Shown here: one piece after another, positions 54,001 through 64,000 of the stretch | Layout: every line of letters starts with the position of its first letter | Numbering within the stretch: position 1 is the stretch's first letter | IMG/VR virus record: IMGVR_UViG_3300021957_000020 | DNA from: an uncultured virus (IMG/VR IMGVR_UViG_3300021957_000020) | Taxonomy: Duplodnaviria > Heunggongvirae > Uroviricota > Caudoviricetes | DNA: 64,000 bases | Direction: 5' to 3' (one strand) | Notes under the pieces: model-generated | Databases searched by the model: none | What the model saw: only the letters and a program-made list of their open reading frames with translations | What the model was told of the DNA's origin: nothing | Position numbers and translations under genes: made by a program

Positions 54001-56438
54001 ATAATGTATTTAGTTGGGCTGGTACTGTTAAATTATCTCCTGATTCAGATGAATGGAAAGAAGTTGATGTACGACCAGTTGTTACCGTTGATGATTCTTC
54101 ATCATTTGAACAATTTCAAAAAATGGCTGAACAAGACGGAATTCTTGGTACAGTATGGAATGAGTGGGAAACAAATTGGACAGGCATTGACGTTGATGAA
54201 AAGTCAGAAACAACTGGAAACCGCGGAAGAGGCGGAGGCAGAGGTAGAGATGAAGCAGAAGAAATGCGTGAGTTTTGGTGGACCGAAGGTGAACCAGAAA
54301 TATGGGATGCCAACGATATAGAAACATTAGATGGAGCTGGTCAAAACGTTACAACAATTACAACAACCACTACAACTACTGGTCAATCAAGAAGTGGTAT
54401 AAAAACAACTCTTGCATTTGATACCATACTTAAAAGCAATGGATCGAAAGTAGTTGAAATGAACTTTATACCATTTATTCGTTCAAGAAAAATATTCTTT
54501 AAAGCTGAATTGCTTAAACCAAATACAAAAGTATATGGTTTCTTTGATGGCGCTTCTATAGCAAGTTATATTAAAGAAGAATCTTTTACAGATTTTACAA
54601 CTTTAACAGGTGCTGATACTTTTGAAGGATTAACATCACATCCAAATACTGCTGGAGCTTTAATATCAAATGCATCAGGTGTAGTTGAAGGTTCATTTAT
54701 TATACCAAGAAATAACGCATTAAAATTTGCAGTAGGTACAAGAGAATTTAGACTATCAGATAGTAGTACAAATGATAAATCAGCTGAAACTACTTATGCA
54801 GAAGCTCAATATCATGCTCAAGGAATGTTAGAAATAACAGAAGAAAAAGTTGTTTCTACAAAAGTACCAAGATTAGTACAATCAGAGTTAAATGAAGACA
54901 GAACACTTGTTGATACACAGGTATCAGAAACAACTGAATATATCGATCCAGTCGCTGAAACATTCTTAATTGATAAGGACGGTGGATTGTTTGTTAAGTC
55001 AGTTGACTTATTCTTTAGAAAAAAATCAGCGACTATACCAGTAAGAGTTACAATAAGAACAGTATTAAATGGCACACCTACACAAAGAATAGTACCAGGT
55101 GGAGATAAAATTTTATATCCAAGCAGTGTTAACCTACCATCAGATGCAGCAGCAAATAATGGCTTTGGTAATGCTAATGCCGCTACTAACTTTGCATTTG
55201 ACTATCCAGTTTATTTAGCTCAAGATACAGAATATGCAATAGTAATTACATCTCAATCAGATGACTACGAAGTTTATGTAGCTGAAATGGGTGGACAAGA
55301 TTTAACAAATACAACTGAAAGAATTACAAAACAACCATATAATGGAGTGTTCTTTAGTTCAGCAAATGCTTCAACATGGACACCAGAGCAAAGTAAAGAT
55401 CTTAAGTTCAAATTAAATAGAGCTACGTTTACAGGTTCAGGCTCAAAAATTATATTTGCAAACGATGTTATACCTCCTAAAAAATTACAAGTTAATCCAT
55501 TCTATGTAAATGGAACAACAACATGTAAAGTATTCCATAAGAATCATGGAATGTACAGTACAAGTAATGATGTGACAATTGCAGGTGCAACTGGTACAAA
55601 TGCATCTCTATTAAATGGAACACATGATATTGCTGCATATACTCATGACACATATGATATTACTTTGTCAAGTGCAGCAACAGGTACTGGTTATGTTGGT
55701 GGTCCAGCTGCAACTGCAACTGAAAATAGACACATGGATGTAATGTATCCATACATTGAAAACATACAAGTTCCAGGAACGTCAGTTAGATTTTTCTTAA
55801 AAACACGTACAACAACAAGTGTTAATGGAACTGAAACAAGATATGCTCTTACAGGAACAGGTGATGGCTATGAGATTTTACCAAATAGAAATTATAGATA
55901 TGTGACGCCTCAAGCAATTTATTCAGCAATTAATGAAACTAGTAATGTTAAATCATTTCAATTAACTGCAGTCTTAACAACTGAGAATGAGGCGTTAAGT
56001 CCAGTTATCGATATGAACAGATTATCGGTGAATACCATACAAAATATTATTAGTGATAATGGTGGGTCTGAAACGACTGCTACTGGCGGTACTGAAGTTG
56101 CAAGATATATTACTAAGAAAATTGAATTAGCAGAACAAGCTGACATAGCTACAGTATATATTAATGCTTTAAAACCAGGTGGAGCTGATGTTGATTTTTA
56201 TTGGAGAGCTACAAGCGGTGATGAAGATATTACAGCAAGTACTTGGACAGCGCAATTACCAGTTACTGGAACAGTTATTCCATTCAATGATTCTTCTTTC
56301 CAAGAAGTACAATATGATATTGATCCATTTGGAGCAGGTTCATCATTTAGTTCAATACAATTTAAAATAGTATTACAAGGAGCAGTATCTTCTACACCTC
56401 CATTAGTTAAAGATTTTAGAGCAATCTGTGCAACATAG
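51090..56438 (+). CDS. Large virion structural protein (VrlC-like)
   Basis: DDFDETKNFHRVLFRPGYSVQARELTQLQ; RTFEESGDY; GFIVDNF; DPVAETF. Confidence 0.85.
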   Translation: MATTIVNLPAGYTLDDFDETKNFHRVLFRPGYSVQARELTQLQTSLQAQIDRHGQYSFKDGSRVVNGKVTLNVEYDFVKVESSFYHSASSATLTTDNYLTEFVGTTITGATGGVTAVVQAVIAAGSGDPATLYVKYTGSGTNNATSTFAAGEVLSSNASTVRYAMVGGNANPNNSSPAVASSISTPIGLGSAVNIEEGVYFISGTFVYVPAGSLILDKYTNTPNYIIGLKVTEDIVDATTDTTLLDNAAGTPNTAAPGARRYRISTTLIKEPLSLSSRVETDYITLIVIEDGKSAVDKTDKNQETELTERLARRTFEESGDYSVNPYQLNVREHLDTGTNNGYLTSSNGGSATKLAIGIEPNTSYVKGFRVENTTTKYLAVDKPRGADATIDVNQTQQTLNLGNYIRLNEASSLGMPDIATFDTIDLYDAANGGGTKRGTCRARGISQGSSSTELYLYIFDIQFNSGYGMNNIVSVEWDDGGTVKFRANTFDQSSVTDRTIYGSSFNSLVYKLPYSAVDTLRDPGSTVSSPSYNTTYVVRETRTTNANNPAATISGASFVNASTVVAYIKDGSTYNALDASPTASITGGGSTITFTTIGGSSVNLSGGQQIVFSVDVSYTGAAPKTKDKETQTLTAQSLSSGVLSLGKADIKKITSIVDPAGQSVIGRFILDNGQRDNFYDIGKITLKSGEIDPGAITVVFDWYDHSGSGDFFSVDSYDDTEYTQIPSFSGNIGTVQLRDCIDFRPRINDAGTSYASGSNQSLSSPPVNSGNFVTDLTHFLPRIDKLYVTRKGEFKIETGVPSSSPRAPGTPDDAMGIYDIRVSPYVFSLSGVKPKLIENKRFTMANIGSLDKRIKNLEYFTSLSLLEQSASSIDITDSTGATRLKNGFIVDNFTNHGIGDTSNPDYACSIDKENGVLRPKFDERNVNLVRLAGDSNAAVINDGLVTLPMGTDVNYINQPYASTFSNVNPYNVFSWAGTVKLSPDSDEWKEVDVRPVVTVDDSSSFEQFQKMAEQDGILGTVWNEWETNWTGIDVDEKSETTGNRGRGGGRGRDEAEEMREFWWTEGEPEIWDANDIETLDGAGQNVTTITTTTTTTGQSRSGIKTTLAFDTILKSNGSKVVEMNFIPFIRSRKIFFKAELLKPNTKVYGFFDGASIASYIKEESFTDFTTLTGADTFEGLTSHPNTAGALISNASGVVEGSFIIPRNNALKFAVGTREFRLSDSSTNDKSAETTYAEAQYHAQGMLEITEEKVVSTKVPRLVQSELNEDRTLVDTQVSETTEYIDPVAETFLIDKDGGLFVKSVDLFFRKKSATIPVRVTIRTVLNGTPTQRIVPGGDKILYPSSVNLPSDAAANNGFGNANAATNFAFDYPVYLAQDTEYAIVITSQSDDYEVYVAEMGGQDLTNTTERITKQPYNGVFFSSANASTWTPEQSKDLKFKLNRATFTGSGSKIIFANDVIPPKKLQVNPFYVNGTTTCKVFHKNHGMYSTSNDVTIAGATGTNASLLNGTHDIAAYTHDTYDITLSSAATGTGYVGGPAATATENRHMDVMYPYIENIQVPGTSVRFFLKTRTTTSVNGTETRYALTGTGDGYEILPNRNYRYVTPQAIYSAINETSNVKSFQLTAVLTTENEALSPVIDMNRLSVNTIQNIISDNGGSETTATGGTEVARYITKKIELAEQADIATVYINALKPGGADVDFYWRATSGDEDITASTWTAQLPVTGTVIPFNDSSFQEVQYDIDPFGAGSSFSSIQFKIVLQGAVSSTPPLVKDFRAICAT

Positions 56439-56447
56439 GATAAAATA

Positions 56448-56648
56448 ATGGCGAAGAAAAAAATTATAGGAAGTCCGGATTTAGTTAAAGATACATCTAA
56501 TGGAGCAGTTATAAATACTAATACTAATGCATTTGCCAAAAGAAGGCTACAAATGCAGTTAGCACAAGAAAAAGATAATAAGTTAGCTCAACTCGAAAGT
56601 GATGTAGCCGAACTTAAAAAAATAGTAAAGAAATTAGGCAGTAAATAA
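56448..56648 (+). CDS. Small conserved coiled-coil protein
   Basis: LVKDTSNGAVIN...LESDVAELK. Confidence 0.7.
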   Translation: MAKKKIIGSPDLVKDTSNGAVINTNTNAFAKRRLQMQLAQEKDNKLAQLESDVAELKKIVKKLGSK

Positions 56649-59600
56649 TGGCAGCAAATAACGAAACAAGAACATTAAAATCAAATAGTATCGAAGAACT
56701 TCGTCAGAAGTCTAATGAAGTATCGCTTCATTTAGGAGACAATGGTCTTATTGATTCTCGTATACTCGATAAAACTCAATCATTTACAGCAACAGCTGGA
56801 CAAAAGCTTTTTACTTCAAACACACTTAGATTTGAATTAAAACCAGAAGAGACTATTGATTTATCAAGTGAAGCAGTTAATGTTGGAGTTGTAAAAGTCT
56901 TTAAAGACGGAACAGAATTAACACAAGGTACTGCAACTGCTAATTTTATAGCACCTAACTTTTCTTTATTAGTAACACTACAAAACACTCCTACAATACC
57001 ATCTCAGTTTATAGAAGGAGCAGTACTTACACAATCAGGCGGATTCTCAGGAACACTATTATCTGCTGATACATCAGTATTAAGATTTAAAGCTACAACA
57101 GGAACATTTAATGCAGCACAAAATTTAGGTATACCACATACAGATGCATCTAAAAGAATAGTTGCTAATGATCTTGTATCAAGCACATTTCAAACTCCAA
57201 CTTACGGAAAGATTATTAAATTAAATACAGCTGCTTCAGCTGGCGAAGTTATAAAAATAGTTTCAACAAATCTTATTGACGCTGTAAATGAAGTACAAGA
57301 CGATGTAGGTGATATCACAGCATTAGCAGCAGGCATCCCAGTAAAAACTGACGTTGTTATAGCTGTTAATTCTTTTAAAGGAGAAGTTGGAAACGCAACT
57401 GATCTTACTCCTGCAGCTGGTACAGTTGTAGGTGCTATTAATGAGCATGAAACTGATATAGGTACAGTTGCTAACTTAACAACAACTGCTAATGATTTAG
57501 TTACTGCGATTAATGAACATGATGCAGAACTTGGAACAATCTCAGCCTCAGCTTTTGGAACAACAGCTTCTACAGTATCTACTGCAATTGCAGAATTACA
57601 TACAGATGTAGACGCAAGATTCTTTTTAACAAAAGGTTCACAACAAACAATTAATTCAGATGCTACATTTACTAATGGTAACACATTAGTATTTCCTTCA
57701 GGATCTACACTTGATATAAGAAATGGTTTATTACAAACTGGTTCAGGTGGACTTTCTGTATCAACAGCCTTTATTGACTTTAACTCTGACTTAGATGATA
57801 GAGGTCTTTCTTTTGAAAGAAGCAATTTTGGTAATGGTGTTGATGTAAAACTTATATGGGATGAAGCTTATGCAGCATCTCAGCCAGATAGAGCATTTAG
57901 AGTTATAGGTTTAAATACAGGTTCAACAACTCAAACAGCAGACTTAGTAACATTTTATAATGCACAAGACTTAATTGCTAATAATGTTGAAACAGGTATT
58001 GATGTAACATGGGATGCTACAAACCAAAACTTTGATTTTGCTTTATCAGCAGATCCTACCATTACATTAGGTGGAGATTTAAGTGGTGCAGTTACTCTTA
58101 CAAATTTAGCAAGTGGAACATTAACAGCAACGATTGCTGCTGGATCAGTAGAAAATACTATGTTAGCAGGAAGCATTGCAGCTTCTAAATTAGCTGGTTC
58201 AATAGGAAATTCTAAACTCAGTAACTCATCTATTACAGTAAGTGATGGGTCGAATACAAGTCCAATCGCATTAGGCGGAACATTAACATTTGCTGGAACA
58301 TCCGGTGAAGTAGATATTGTAGAAAATGCAGGAACTGTTACTGTAGGATTACCAAACAATGTAACAGTGGGTGGTAACTTAACAATCACAGGTAACTTAG
58401 ATGTTAATGGAACACAAACAACTATTAATACAGCAACATTAGAAATAGATGACACATTAGTATTAATGGGAGCTTCAGCTTCCGAGCCAACAACTGGCGG
58501 ATTCGGTCTAGAAACAAGAAGCTTTACAGGCGTGGGTACACATTCAAACAATGCTTCAAATGTAACAGGTTCACATTCAATTGTATATAACTTTGCAACA
58601 GATCGTTGGGAAGCAGATGGTTCATTAATATTAAGTGAAGCTTCAGCTGGTGTACCAGGTATTAAAGTTTCTTCAGCATCTAATGCATTATCAGAACAAA
58701 ATTTTGGTTCAACAAACATATTAGACTTTAACGAAGGCTCAGGTATTACAGTACTCGGTGCAACTTCAGGCAATGACATTGATGTTACTATTACGAACTC
58801 TGATAGAGGTTCATTACAAAACATATTTAAAAACGTTTTAACAGATTCAGGTACAGCAGTAGCTGATACAAATAACGATACGCTTTCCATATTAGGTGGA
58901 AATGATTTATCAACATCAGTTAGTGCAGACGCAATTACAATTCAACATGATAACTCAGGCGTAACTGCAGCTTCATACGGAAGTCAGCTAGTAGTACCAA
59001 GTATTACCGTCGACGCAAGAGGTCATATCACAGCGGCATCAAGTAATGCTGCAATAAGTTTATCAGCTCTTGGATATTCAGGAGTAAGCAATGCAGATAA
59101 CTATGGTTCATTTAGCATAAGCGCAAATGGTGCTTCAGCAGAAGCTATTGGTTCAGGTGAAACAGTTACTTTTAATGGTGGTGGTTCTACAAACATTGGT
59201 AGATCTGGAAATTCTCTTACTTTTACATCAACAAATACTGTTACAAATGTTGGAGTAAGCGGAGATCTATCATCAGGTAATATTACTCTTGTAGGCGGAA
59301 CCAATATTACTGTAAGCAAATCAGGTGGAACAATCACATTTGCTGCAAATGATAACAATACTATAACAAGCGTTGGAACAAGCGGAAATCTATCATCAGG
59401 TAATATTACTCTTGTAGGCACGGGCGCTACAACAGTATCTAAATCTGGCGGAACAATTACAATTAATTCAACAGATAGTAATGATAATGATAATACAATA
59501 ACAAATATTGGAGCAAACGGCGGAAGCTTTACAAATGGTAATATTACTTTTAATAGCGGCACTAATACTACTGTAAGTAAATCTGCTAATAGTGTTACTA

Positions 59601-60115
59601 TTTCATCTGTGAATACTACATATAGTAATCTAAACCAATTTACAAATGGTCCAGGGTATGTTACATCATCTGGAGTAACATCAGTTGCAACAGGTAATGG
59701 AATAAGTGGTGGTACAATTACTTCTAGTGGAACACTTACTGTAGCCGCAGGTAACGGATTATCTCAATCATCAACAGGATTATTAATGTCAGGTTCTTAC
59801 ACAGGAACATTTACGGCAAGTGCTGATGTAGTAGCTTTCTCAGATAAAAAACTAAAAGACAATGTTAAAACTCTTGACGGTTCGAAAGTATTCGATATGA
59901 GAGGAGTTTCATTTAATCGTAATGACCAAGATGGTAAATTATCATCTGGTGTTATAGCTCAGGAACTTGAAATGATAGCTCCTGAATTAATTCATGAAGC
60001 AGAAGACGGAACAAAAGGTGTTGCATACGGTAACACGGTAGGATACTTAATTGAGGCAATTAAATTACTTAAAGCTGAAATTGAAGAACTAAAAAGTATA
60101 AATAAGAAGGTATAA
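56648..60115 (+). CDS. Tail fibre with C-terminal intramolecular chaperone (peptidase S74-like)
   Basis: G/S/T-rich repeats; AINEH coiled-coil repeats; FSDKKLKDNV...GVIAQE...V.YG...LIEAIK. Confidence 0.8.
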   Translation: MAANNETRTLKSNSIEELRQKSNEVSLHLGDNGLIDSRILDKTQSFTATAGQKLFTSNTLRFELKPEETIDLSSEAVNVGVVKVFKDGTELTQGTATANFIAPNFSLLVTLQNTPTIPSQFIEGAVLTQSGGFSGTLLSADTSVLRFKATTGTFNAAQNLGIPHTDASKRIVANDLVSSTFQTPTYGKIIKLNTAASAGEVIKIVSTNLIDAVNEVQDDVGDITALAAGIPVKTDVVIAVNSFKGEVGNATDLTPAAGTVVGAINEHETDIGTVANLTTTANDLVTAINEHDAELGTISASAFGTTASTVSTAIAELHTDVDARFFLTKGSQQTINSDATFTNGNTLVFPSGSTLDIRNGLLQTGSGGLSVSTAFIDFNSDLDDRGLSFERSNFGNGVDVKLIWDEAYAASQPDRAFRVIGLNTGSTTQTADLVTFYNAQDLIANNVETGIDVTWDATNQNFDFALSADPTITLGGDLSGAVTLTNLASGTLTATIAAGSVENTMLAGSIAASKLAGSIGNSKLSNSSITVSDGSNTSPIALGGTLTFAGTSGEVDIVENAGTVTVGLPNNVTVGGNLTITGNLDVNGTQTTINTATLEIDDTLVLMGASASEPTTGGFGLETRSFTGVGTHSNNASNVTGSHSIVYNFATDRWEADGSLILSEASAGVPGIKVSSASNALSEQNFGSTNILDFNEGSGITVLGATSGNDIDVTITNSDRGSLQNIFKNVLTDSGTAVADTNNDTLSILGGNDLSTSVSADAITIQHDNSGVTAASYGSQLVVPSITVDARGHITAASSNAAISLSALGYSGVSNADNYGSFSISANGASAEAIGSGETVTFNGGGSTNIGRSGNSLTFTSTNTVTNVGVSGDLSSGNITLVGGTNITVSKSGGTITFAANDNNTITSVGTSGNLSSGNITLVGTGATTVSKSGGTITINSTDSNDNDNTITNIGANGGSFTNGNITFNSGTNTTVSKSANSVTISSVNTTYSNLNQFTNGPGYVTSSGVTSVATGNGISGGTITSSGTLTVAAGNGLSQSSTGLLMSGSYTGTFTASADVVAFSDKKLKDNVKTLDGSKVFDMRGVSFNRNDQDGKLSSGVIAQELEMIAPELIHEAEDGTKGVAYGNTVGYLIEAIKLLKAEIEELKSINKKV
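60097..60104 (+). promoter_or_regulatory. Late promoter
   Basis: TATAAATA. Confidence 0.7.
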
Positions 60116-60124
60116 AGGAAAAAA

Positions 60125-60460
60125 ATGGCAGTTTATTCCAATATTTTAGTAGATCAAGGAGCAGATTATTCAGCTTCTATCGATGTTACTGATAATGATG
60201 GTGACAACATAAATCTTACTGGCTACTCAGGCGCTGGGCAAATAAGAAAAAGTTATTCATCTACAACAGCTGTAAATTTTACAGTTACAGTTGCATCGCC
60301 AGCAACAGCTGGAGTACTTAATATTAGTTTGAGCAATTCTCAAACAAATGCCATGAAAGCAGGCCGGTATGTTTATGATGTAGAAATCACAAAAGCTGGC
60401 GTAAAAACAAGAGTTTTAGAAGGACAATTAGAGATAACACCTGGAGTGACACAGATATAA
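60125..60460 (+). CDS. Virion structural protein (fibre adaptor-like)
   Basis: VDQGADY...LTGY...QIRK...GRYVYDVEI...RVLEG...PGVT. Confidence 0.75.
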   Translation: MAVYSNILVDQGADYSASIDVTDNDGDNINLTGYSGAGQIRKSYSSTTAVNFTVTVASPATAGVLNISLSNSQTNAMKAGRYVYDVEITKAGVKTRVLEGQLEITPGVTQI

Positions 60461-60675
60461 TGGCAAACATAAAAGCTAAAATACGAAGAGATCCAAATAA
60501 AATTGTTGCTCAAACTTTAAAAATAGGAAATGTATCATTAACCGATTTAACGGACATTAATGCAGCAGGAACTACAGATGGAGCAGTTTTAATATATAAT
60601 GGAACGTCATCTCAATGGGATACTACTACAATAGTAGGAAATAGTAATACAAATATAACTGGAGGCACATACTAG
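60460..60675 (+). CDS. Small fibre-associated protein
   Basis: LTDLTDI...DGAVLIYN...W; ends GGTY like the next gene. Confidence 0.7.
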   Translation: MANIKAKIRRDPNKIVAQTLKIGNVSLTDLTDINAAGTTDGAVLIYNGTSSQWDTTTIVGNSNTNITGGTY

Positions 60676-62270
60676 TGGCTAACTTAACAAGAATTAAAAT
60701 ATTAACAACGGGTTCCACAACCAGTGCTCCTGCTAATATAAAAACAGGAGAGCTAGCGTATTCATATGTATCTGGTACTCAAGCTAATAACGGTGATAGA
60801 CTTTATGTAGGTACTGGAACAGAATCTGGTGGTGTAGCAGCTTCAGTAGATCTAATAGGTGGTAAGTATTTTACTACTATGTTGGACCATGTGCATGGTA
60901 CTACAACAGCCAATAGCGCTTTAATTGTAGACGGTAATAAACATGTTGATGAATTAAATATTGCAAGTTTAGCTCTTGAAGCTTCTGGCGGAAGTGGTCA
61001 AGTTGTTACAGCAATTTCTACAAGCACATCTTTAGATGGTGGGTCTGCTTCAAATGCAACTTTACCTACTCAGCTAGCTGTTAAAACATATGTTGATGCT
61101 CAAGTAACACTTCAAGATTTAGATACATCTGGTGATTCAGGTACAGGATCAATTGATTTAGATTCACAAAGTTTAGCAGTCACAGGTTTAACAGGAATAA
61201 CAACAGTAGCTGCAAACCAAGGTATTACAATTGACCTTGATGATACAGCAGTAACACCAGGTTCATACGGTTCACAAACAGCCATTCCAACTTTTACAGT
61301 TGACCAACAAGGTAGATTAACAGCAGCTGCAACAGTAACAGTTGCTACTGCTTTAACAGTTGACGGCGATTCAGGTACAGGCGATGTATCATTATTATCA
61401 GATGATTTAAGAATTATTGGTACAGCTAATGAAATTGAAACAGCATCTTCTAAATCTGGAACAGATGTAACATTACAAGTTGGGTTACCAAATGATGTTA
61501 CTATTGGAAATGATTTAACAGTTACTACAGATTTTGTAGTAGGCTCAAACAAATTAACAGTTGCTGGTGCTACTGGTAATACACTTATTGATGGTACATT
61601 AAATGTTAACGGTAATGTTAACTTAGGTAATGCTACATCTGATACAGTTGTTATTGCTGGTAACTTAACTGTACAAGGTACAACAACTACAGTTAATTCA
61701 ACAGAAGTAACTTTAAACGATCCAGTTATGGCGTTAGCAAACAATACGTCATCCAATACATCAGACGGTTTAGATCGCGGTGTTAGATTTAAGTGGGGAA
61801 CAGGTTCAGCAGTTGCAACTGGTTTCTTTGGATTTGATATTCAATCACAAAGATTTGTATTTACAAAAGACGAAACAGTAACATCAGATGATTTCTCTAC
61901 TCCTTGGAGTGATGCAGAATTCGGTAACATTTACGGTACTGGTGCTGATCTTGGAAACATCCAAATAGGTATTACAGGCGATAATGAAATTGATACAGCT
62001 TCTGGTAATTTAACAATTGATTCAGCTGGTGGAACAGTTACAGTTGATGATAACTTAAGTGTTACAGGAACAGTCACATTAACAAACGATTTAGGAGTAC
62101 CTCACGGTGGTACTGGAGTTTCAACATTTACAGATAACGGTGTATTATATGGAGACGGCGCTAATGCATTAGACGTAACAGCAGCATCAAGCGCAAACGG
62201 ATCTCTTTTACAAGCTAACTCAGGAGCAGCTCCTGCGTTTTCAAATATCATTGATGGCGGAACCTACTAA
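60675..62270 (+). CDS. Tail fibre protein
   Basis: GTG start; GELAYS...RLYVG...IGGKYF; GNLTVQGTTTTVNS; ends IDGGTY. Confidence 0.8.
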   Translation: MANLTRIKILTTGSTTSAPANIKTGELAYSYVSGTQANNGDRLYVGTGTESGGVAASVDLIGGKYFTTMLDHVHGTTTANSALIVDGNKHVDELNIASLALEASGGSGQVVTAISTSTSLDGGSASNATLPTQLAVKTYVDAQVTLQDLDTSGDSGTGSIDLDSQSLAVTGLTGITTVAANQGITIDLDDTAVTPGSYGSQTAIPTFTVDQQGRLTAAATVTVATALTVDGDSGTGDVSLLSDDLRIIGTANEIETASSKSGTDVTLQVGLPNDVTIGNDLTVTTDFVVGSNKLTVAGATGNTLIDGTLNVNGNVNLGNATSDTVVIAGNLTVQGTTTTVNSTEVTLNDPVMALANNTSSNTSDGLDRGVRFKWGTGSAVATGFFGFDIQSQRFVFTKDETVTSDDFSTPWSDAEFGNIYGTGADLGNIQIGITGDNEIDTASGNLTIDSAGGTVTVDDNLSVTGTVTLTNDLGVPHGGTGVSTFTDNGVLYGDGANALDVTAASSANGSLLQANSGAAPAFSNIIDGGTY

Positions 62271-62274
62271 GTAG

Positions 62275-62282
62275 TATAAATA
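62275..62282 (+). promoter_or_regulatory. Late promoter
   Basis: TATAAATA. Confidence 0.75.
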
Positions 62283-62366
62283 CTATTATACCATATATAT
62301 GGTAGAAAGTAAACAGTTTTATAAAAATTCTCTAAATAGAGATTGAACAGATAGGAGAAGCCAAAA

Positions 62367-64000
62367 TTGGCAAGAAATACTAACATCAAGTTAAGGCGCT
62401 CTGCTACGCAGGGTTCTATACCAACTACATCAAATCTCGACCTAGGCGAACTTGCAATTAATACATATGACGGTAAGTTATATGTTAAGAAAACGTTTGG
62501 TAGTATTGATCGAGTAGTTCAAGTCGGTTCTTCTTCTTATGATTATCATCTCTCAACAGGAGTCACAGAAACTCTTACAGTCACAGTTGTTTCAACTACT
62601 ACAGATCATAGATATAATGGTACAGGTAGCTCCAGTAAATATTTTATCAATGGATTACCTTCACCTTACTTAAAATTAATACCAGGCGTAACATACAGGT
62701 TTGATCAATCAGATTCTTCTAATAGTAATCATCCATTAAGATTCTATTATGAAGCAGATAAAACAACTGCTTATAGTACAGGTGTAACAACATCTGGAAC
62801 ACCAGGATCTTCTGGTGCGTACACTCAAATAATTCCAACAGATGCTACTCCTGGAGTATTACATTATCAATGTTCAGCTCATGGCTACATGGGTAACCAA
62901 GCAAGTTTTGCTACAAGAAATTTAACTGGATTTGATACTGCTGATTTAACAGAAGGAACAAATTTATACTATACAGATGCAAGAGCACGAGCAGCTATAA
63001 GCGCAAGTGGAGATTTATCTTATAATAATTCAACAGGTGTTATGTCTTTTACACAAAGGACAGATGCTCAAGTACGAGGATTAATATCAGTAACTGATGC
63101 TGGTGGAGATGGTTCATTAGCATATAATAATTCAACTGGTGTAATTACATATACAGGTCCAAGTGCTTCAGAAACAAGGGCTCATTTCTCTGCAGGTACA
63201 GGCGTTACAATATCGTCTGGCCAAATATCAATTGGACAAGCAGTAGCTACATCTGACGATGTTACATTTAATGATCTGACAGTAGCTGGTGATTTAACTG
63301 TACAAGGAACAACAACAACTTTAAATACAGCAACACTTGATGTAGAAGATAAAAATATAACTCTTAACTTTGGTTCAGGAGATACATCAGGTTCAGCCAA
63401 TGGTGCTGGTATTACAATACAAGATGCAGTTAATAGTTCAACAGATGCTACTTTATTATGGGATGCGACAAACGATAGGTTTGATGTTTCACACCCATTA
63501 ACAATTACAAGTACAACAACTGATGATACTTTATTATTAACAACAACTGAAGCTTCAAGTTCTGCAGCTCCTGTTATAACATTAAAAAGAAATTCATCTT
63601 CAGTTGCAGATGCAGATTATTTAGGTCAATTAAAATTCAAAGGCGAAAATGATGCTGACCAAGAAGTGGTTTATGCAAAAGTCACAGCCAAAATACAAGA
63701 TGCTTCAGATGGAAGTGAAGATGGTTTATTAGAATTTGCTAATAAAAAAGCTGGTTCAAATGTTATTACAGCAAGATTAAGATCTGATTCATTACAATTA
63801 TTAAATGGTACAACCCTAGTAGTTGCAGGACTAACTTACCCGACAAGTGATGGTTCAAGTGGACAAGCATTAGTAACTGATGGTTCAGGAAACTTATCAT
63901 TTAGTTCTATATCAGCTGGTGGAAATGCTTTTGGTACAGTATCAGTTTCAGGACAAAGTGATGTTGTTGCAGACTCTAATAGTGATACACTAACTTTAGC
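62367..64000 (+). CDS. Long tail fibre protein, partial (runs off the window; not in ORF track)
   Basis: TTG start after AGGAG; (M)ARNTNIKLRRSATQGSIP...LGELAINTYDGKLY; YRFDQSDSSN..HPLRF; LHYQCSAHGYMG. Confidence 0.8.
   Translation, partial: MARNTNIKLRRSATQGSIPTTSNLDLGELAINTYDGKLYVKKTFGSIDRVVQVGSSSYDYHLSTGVTETLTVTVVSTTTDHRYNGTGSSSKYFINGLPSPYLKLIPGVTYRFDQSDSSNSNHPLRFYYEADKTTAYSTGVTTSGTPGSSGAYTQIIPTDATPGVLHYQCSAHGYMGNQASFATRNLTGFDTADLTEGTNLYYTDARARAAISASGDLSYNNSTGVMSFTQRTDAQVRGLISVTDAGGDGSLAYNNSTGVITYTGPSASETRAHFSAGTGVTISSGQISIGQAVATSDDVTFNDLTVAGDLTVQGTTTTLNTATLDVEDKNITLNFGSGDTSGSANGAGITIQDAVNSSTDATLLWDATNDRFDVSHPLTITSTTTDDTLLLTTTEASSSAAPVITLKRNSSSVADADYLGQLKFKGENDADQEVVYAKVTAKIQDASDGSEDGLLEFANKKAGSNVITARLRSDSLQLLNGTTLVVAGLTYPTSDGSSGQALVTDGSGNLSFSSISAGGNAFGTVSVSGQSDVVADSNSDTLTL

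Noticed and set aside
57202..61756. Long minus-strand ORFs (207, 311, 153, 214 aa) within fibre genes
   Set aside because: Antisense shadows of S/T/G-rich repetitive genes, with no independent signals
1..64000. tRNA, rRNA or known riboswitch; alternative genetic code
   Set aside because: No cloverleaf or T-loop in the few intergenic gaps; core genes are full length under the standard code with all three stop codons in use

Overview
A 64-kb segment of an AT-rich T4-like (Tevenvirinae-related, marine-type) myovirus infecting a Gram-negative host. It holds the T4 core genes nrdA/nrdB/glutaredoxin, a denA-like nuclease, rnh, a denV-like glycosylase, gp33, gp59, gp32, the baseplate/tail block (gp29-like, 51, 26, tube-fold protein, 2, 4, 48, 53, 5, 25, 6, 7, 8, VrlC-like) and tail fibres. 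It also has a spanin pair, a lysozyme and an early-gene island at 27.4-32.9 kb. Nine near-identical early promoters (TTTACA-N17-TATAAT) and many T4 late promoters (TATAAATA) are directly visible. Main points of interest: (1) a late-promoter operon joining curli secretion genes (csgF, csgG), two curlin-repeat proteins, a FecR-domain protein, IscU/IscA and an intact CHASE2 adenylate cyclase; (2) two candidate programmed -1 frameshifts, one in a late lipoprotein (G GGA AAG plus hairpin) and one fusing gp26 to gp51 upstream of the tape-measure-like gene; (3) a hairpin whose loop is complementary to the RBS of three early genes; (4) inverted-repeat elements before early promoters; (5) a gene overlapping the cyclase domain; (6) T4 capsid-targeting-like N-termini, including one on a HAD enzyme. 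No tRNA, rRNA, CRISPR array or IS element was seen. All assignments come from motif recognition by eye; no database searches were run.
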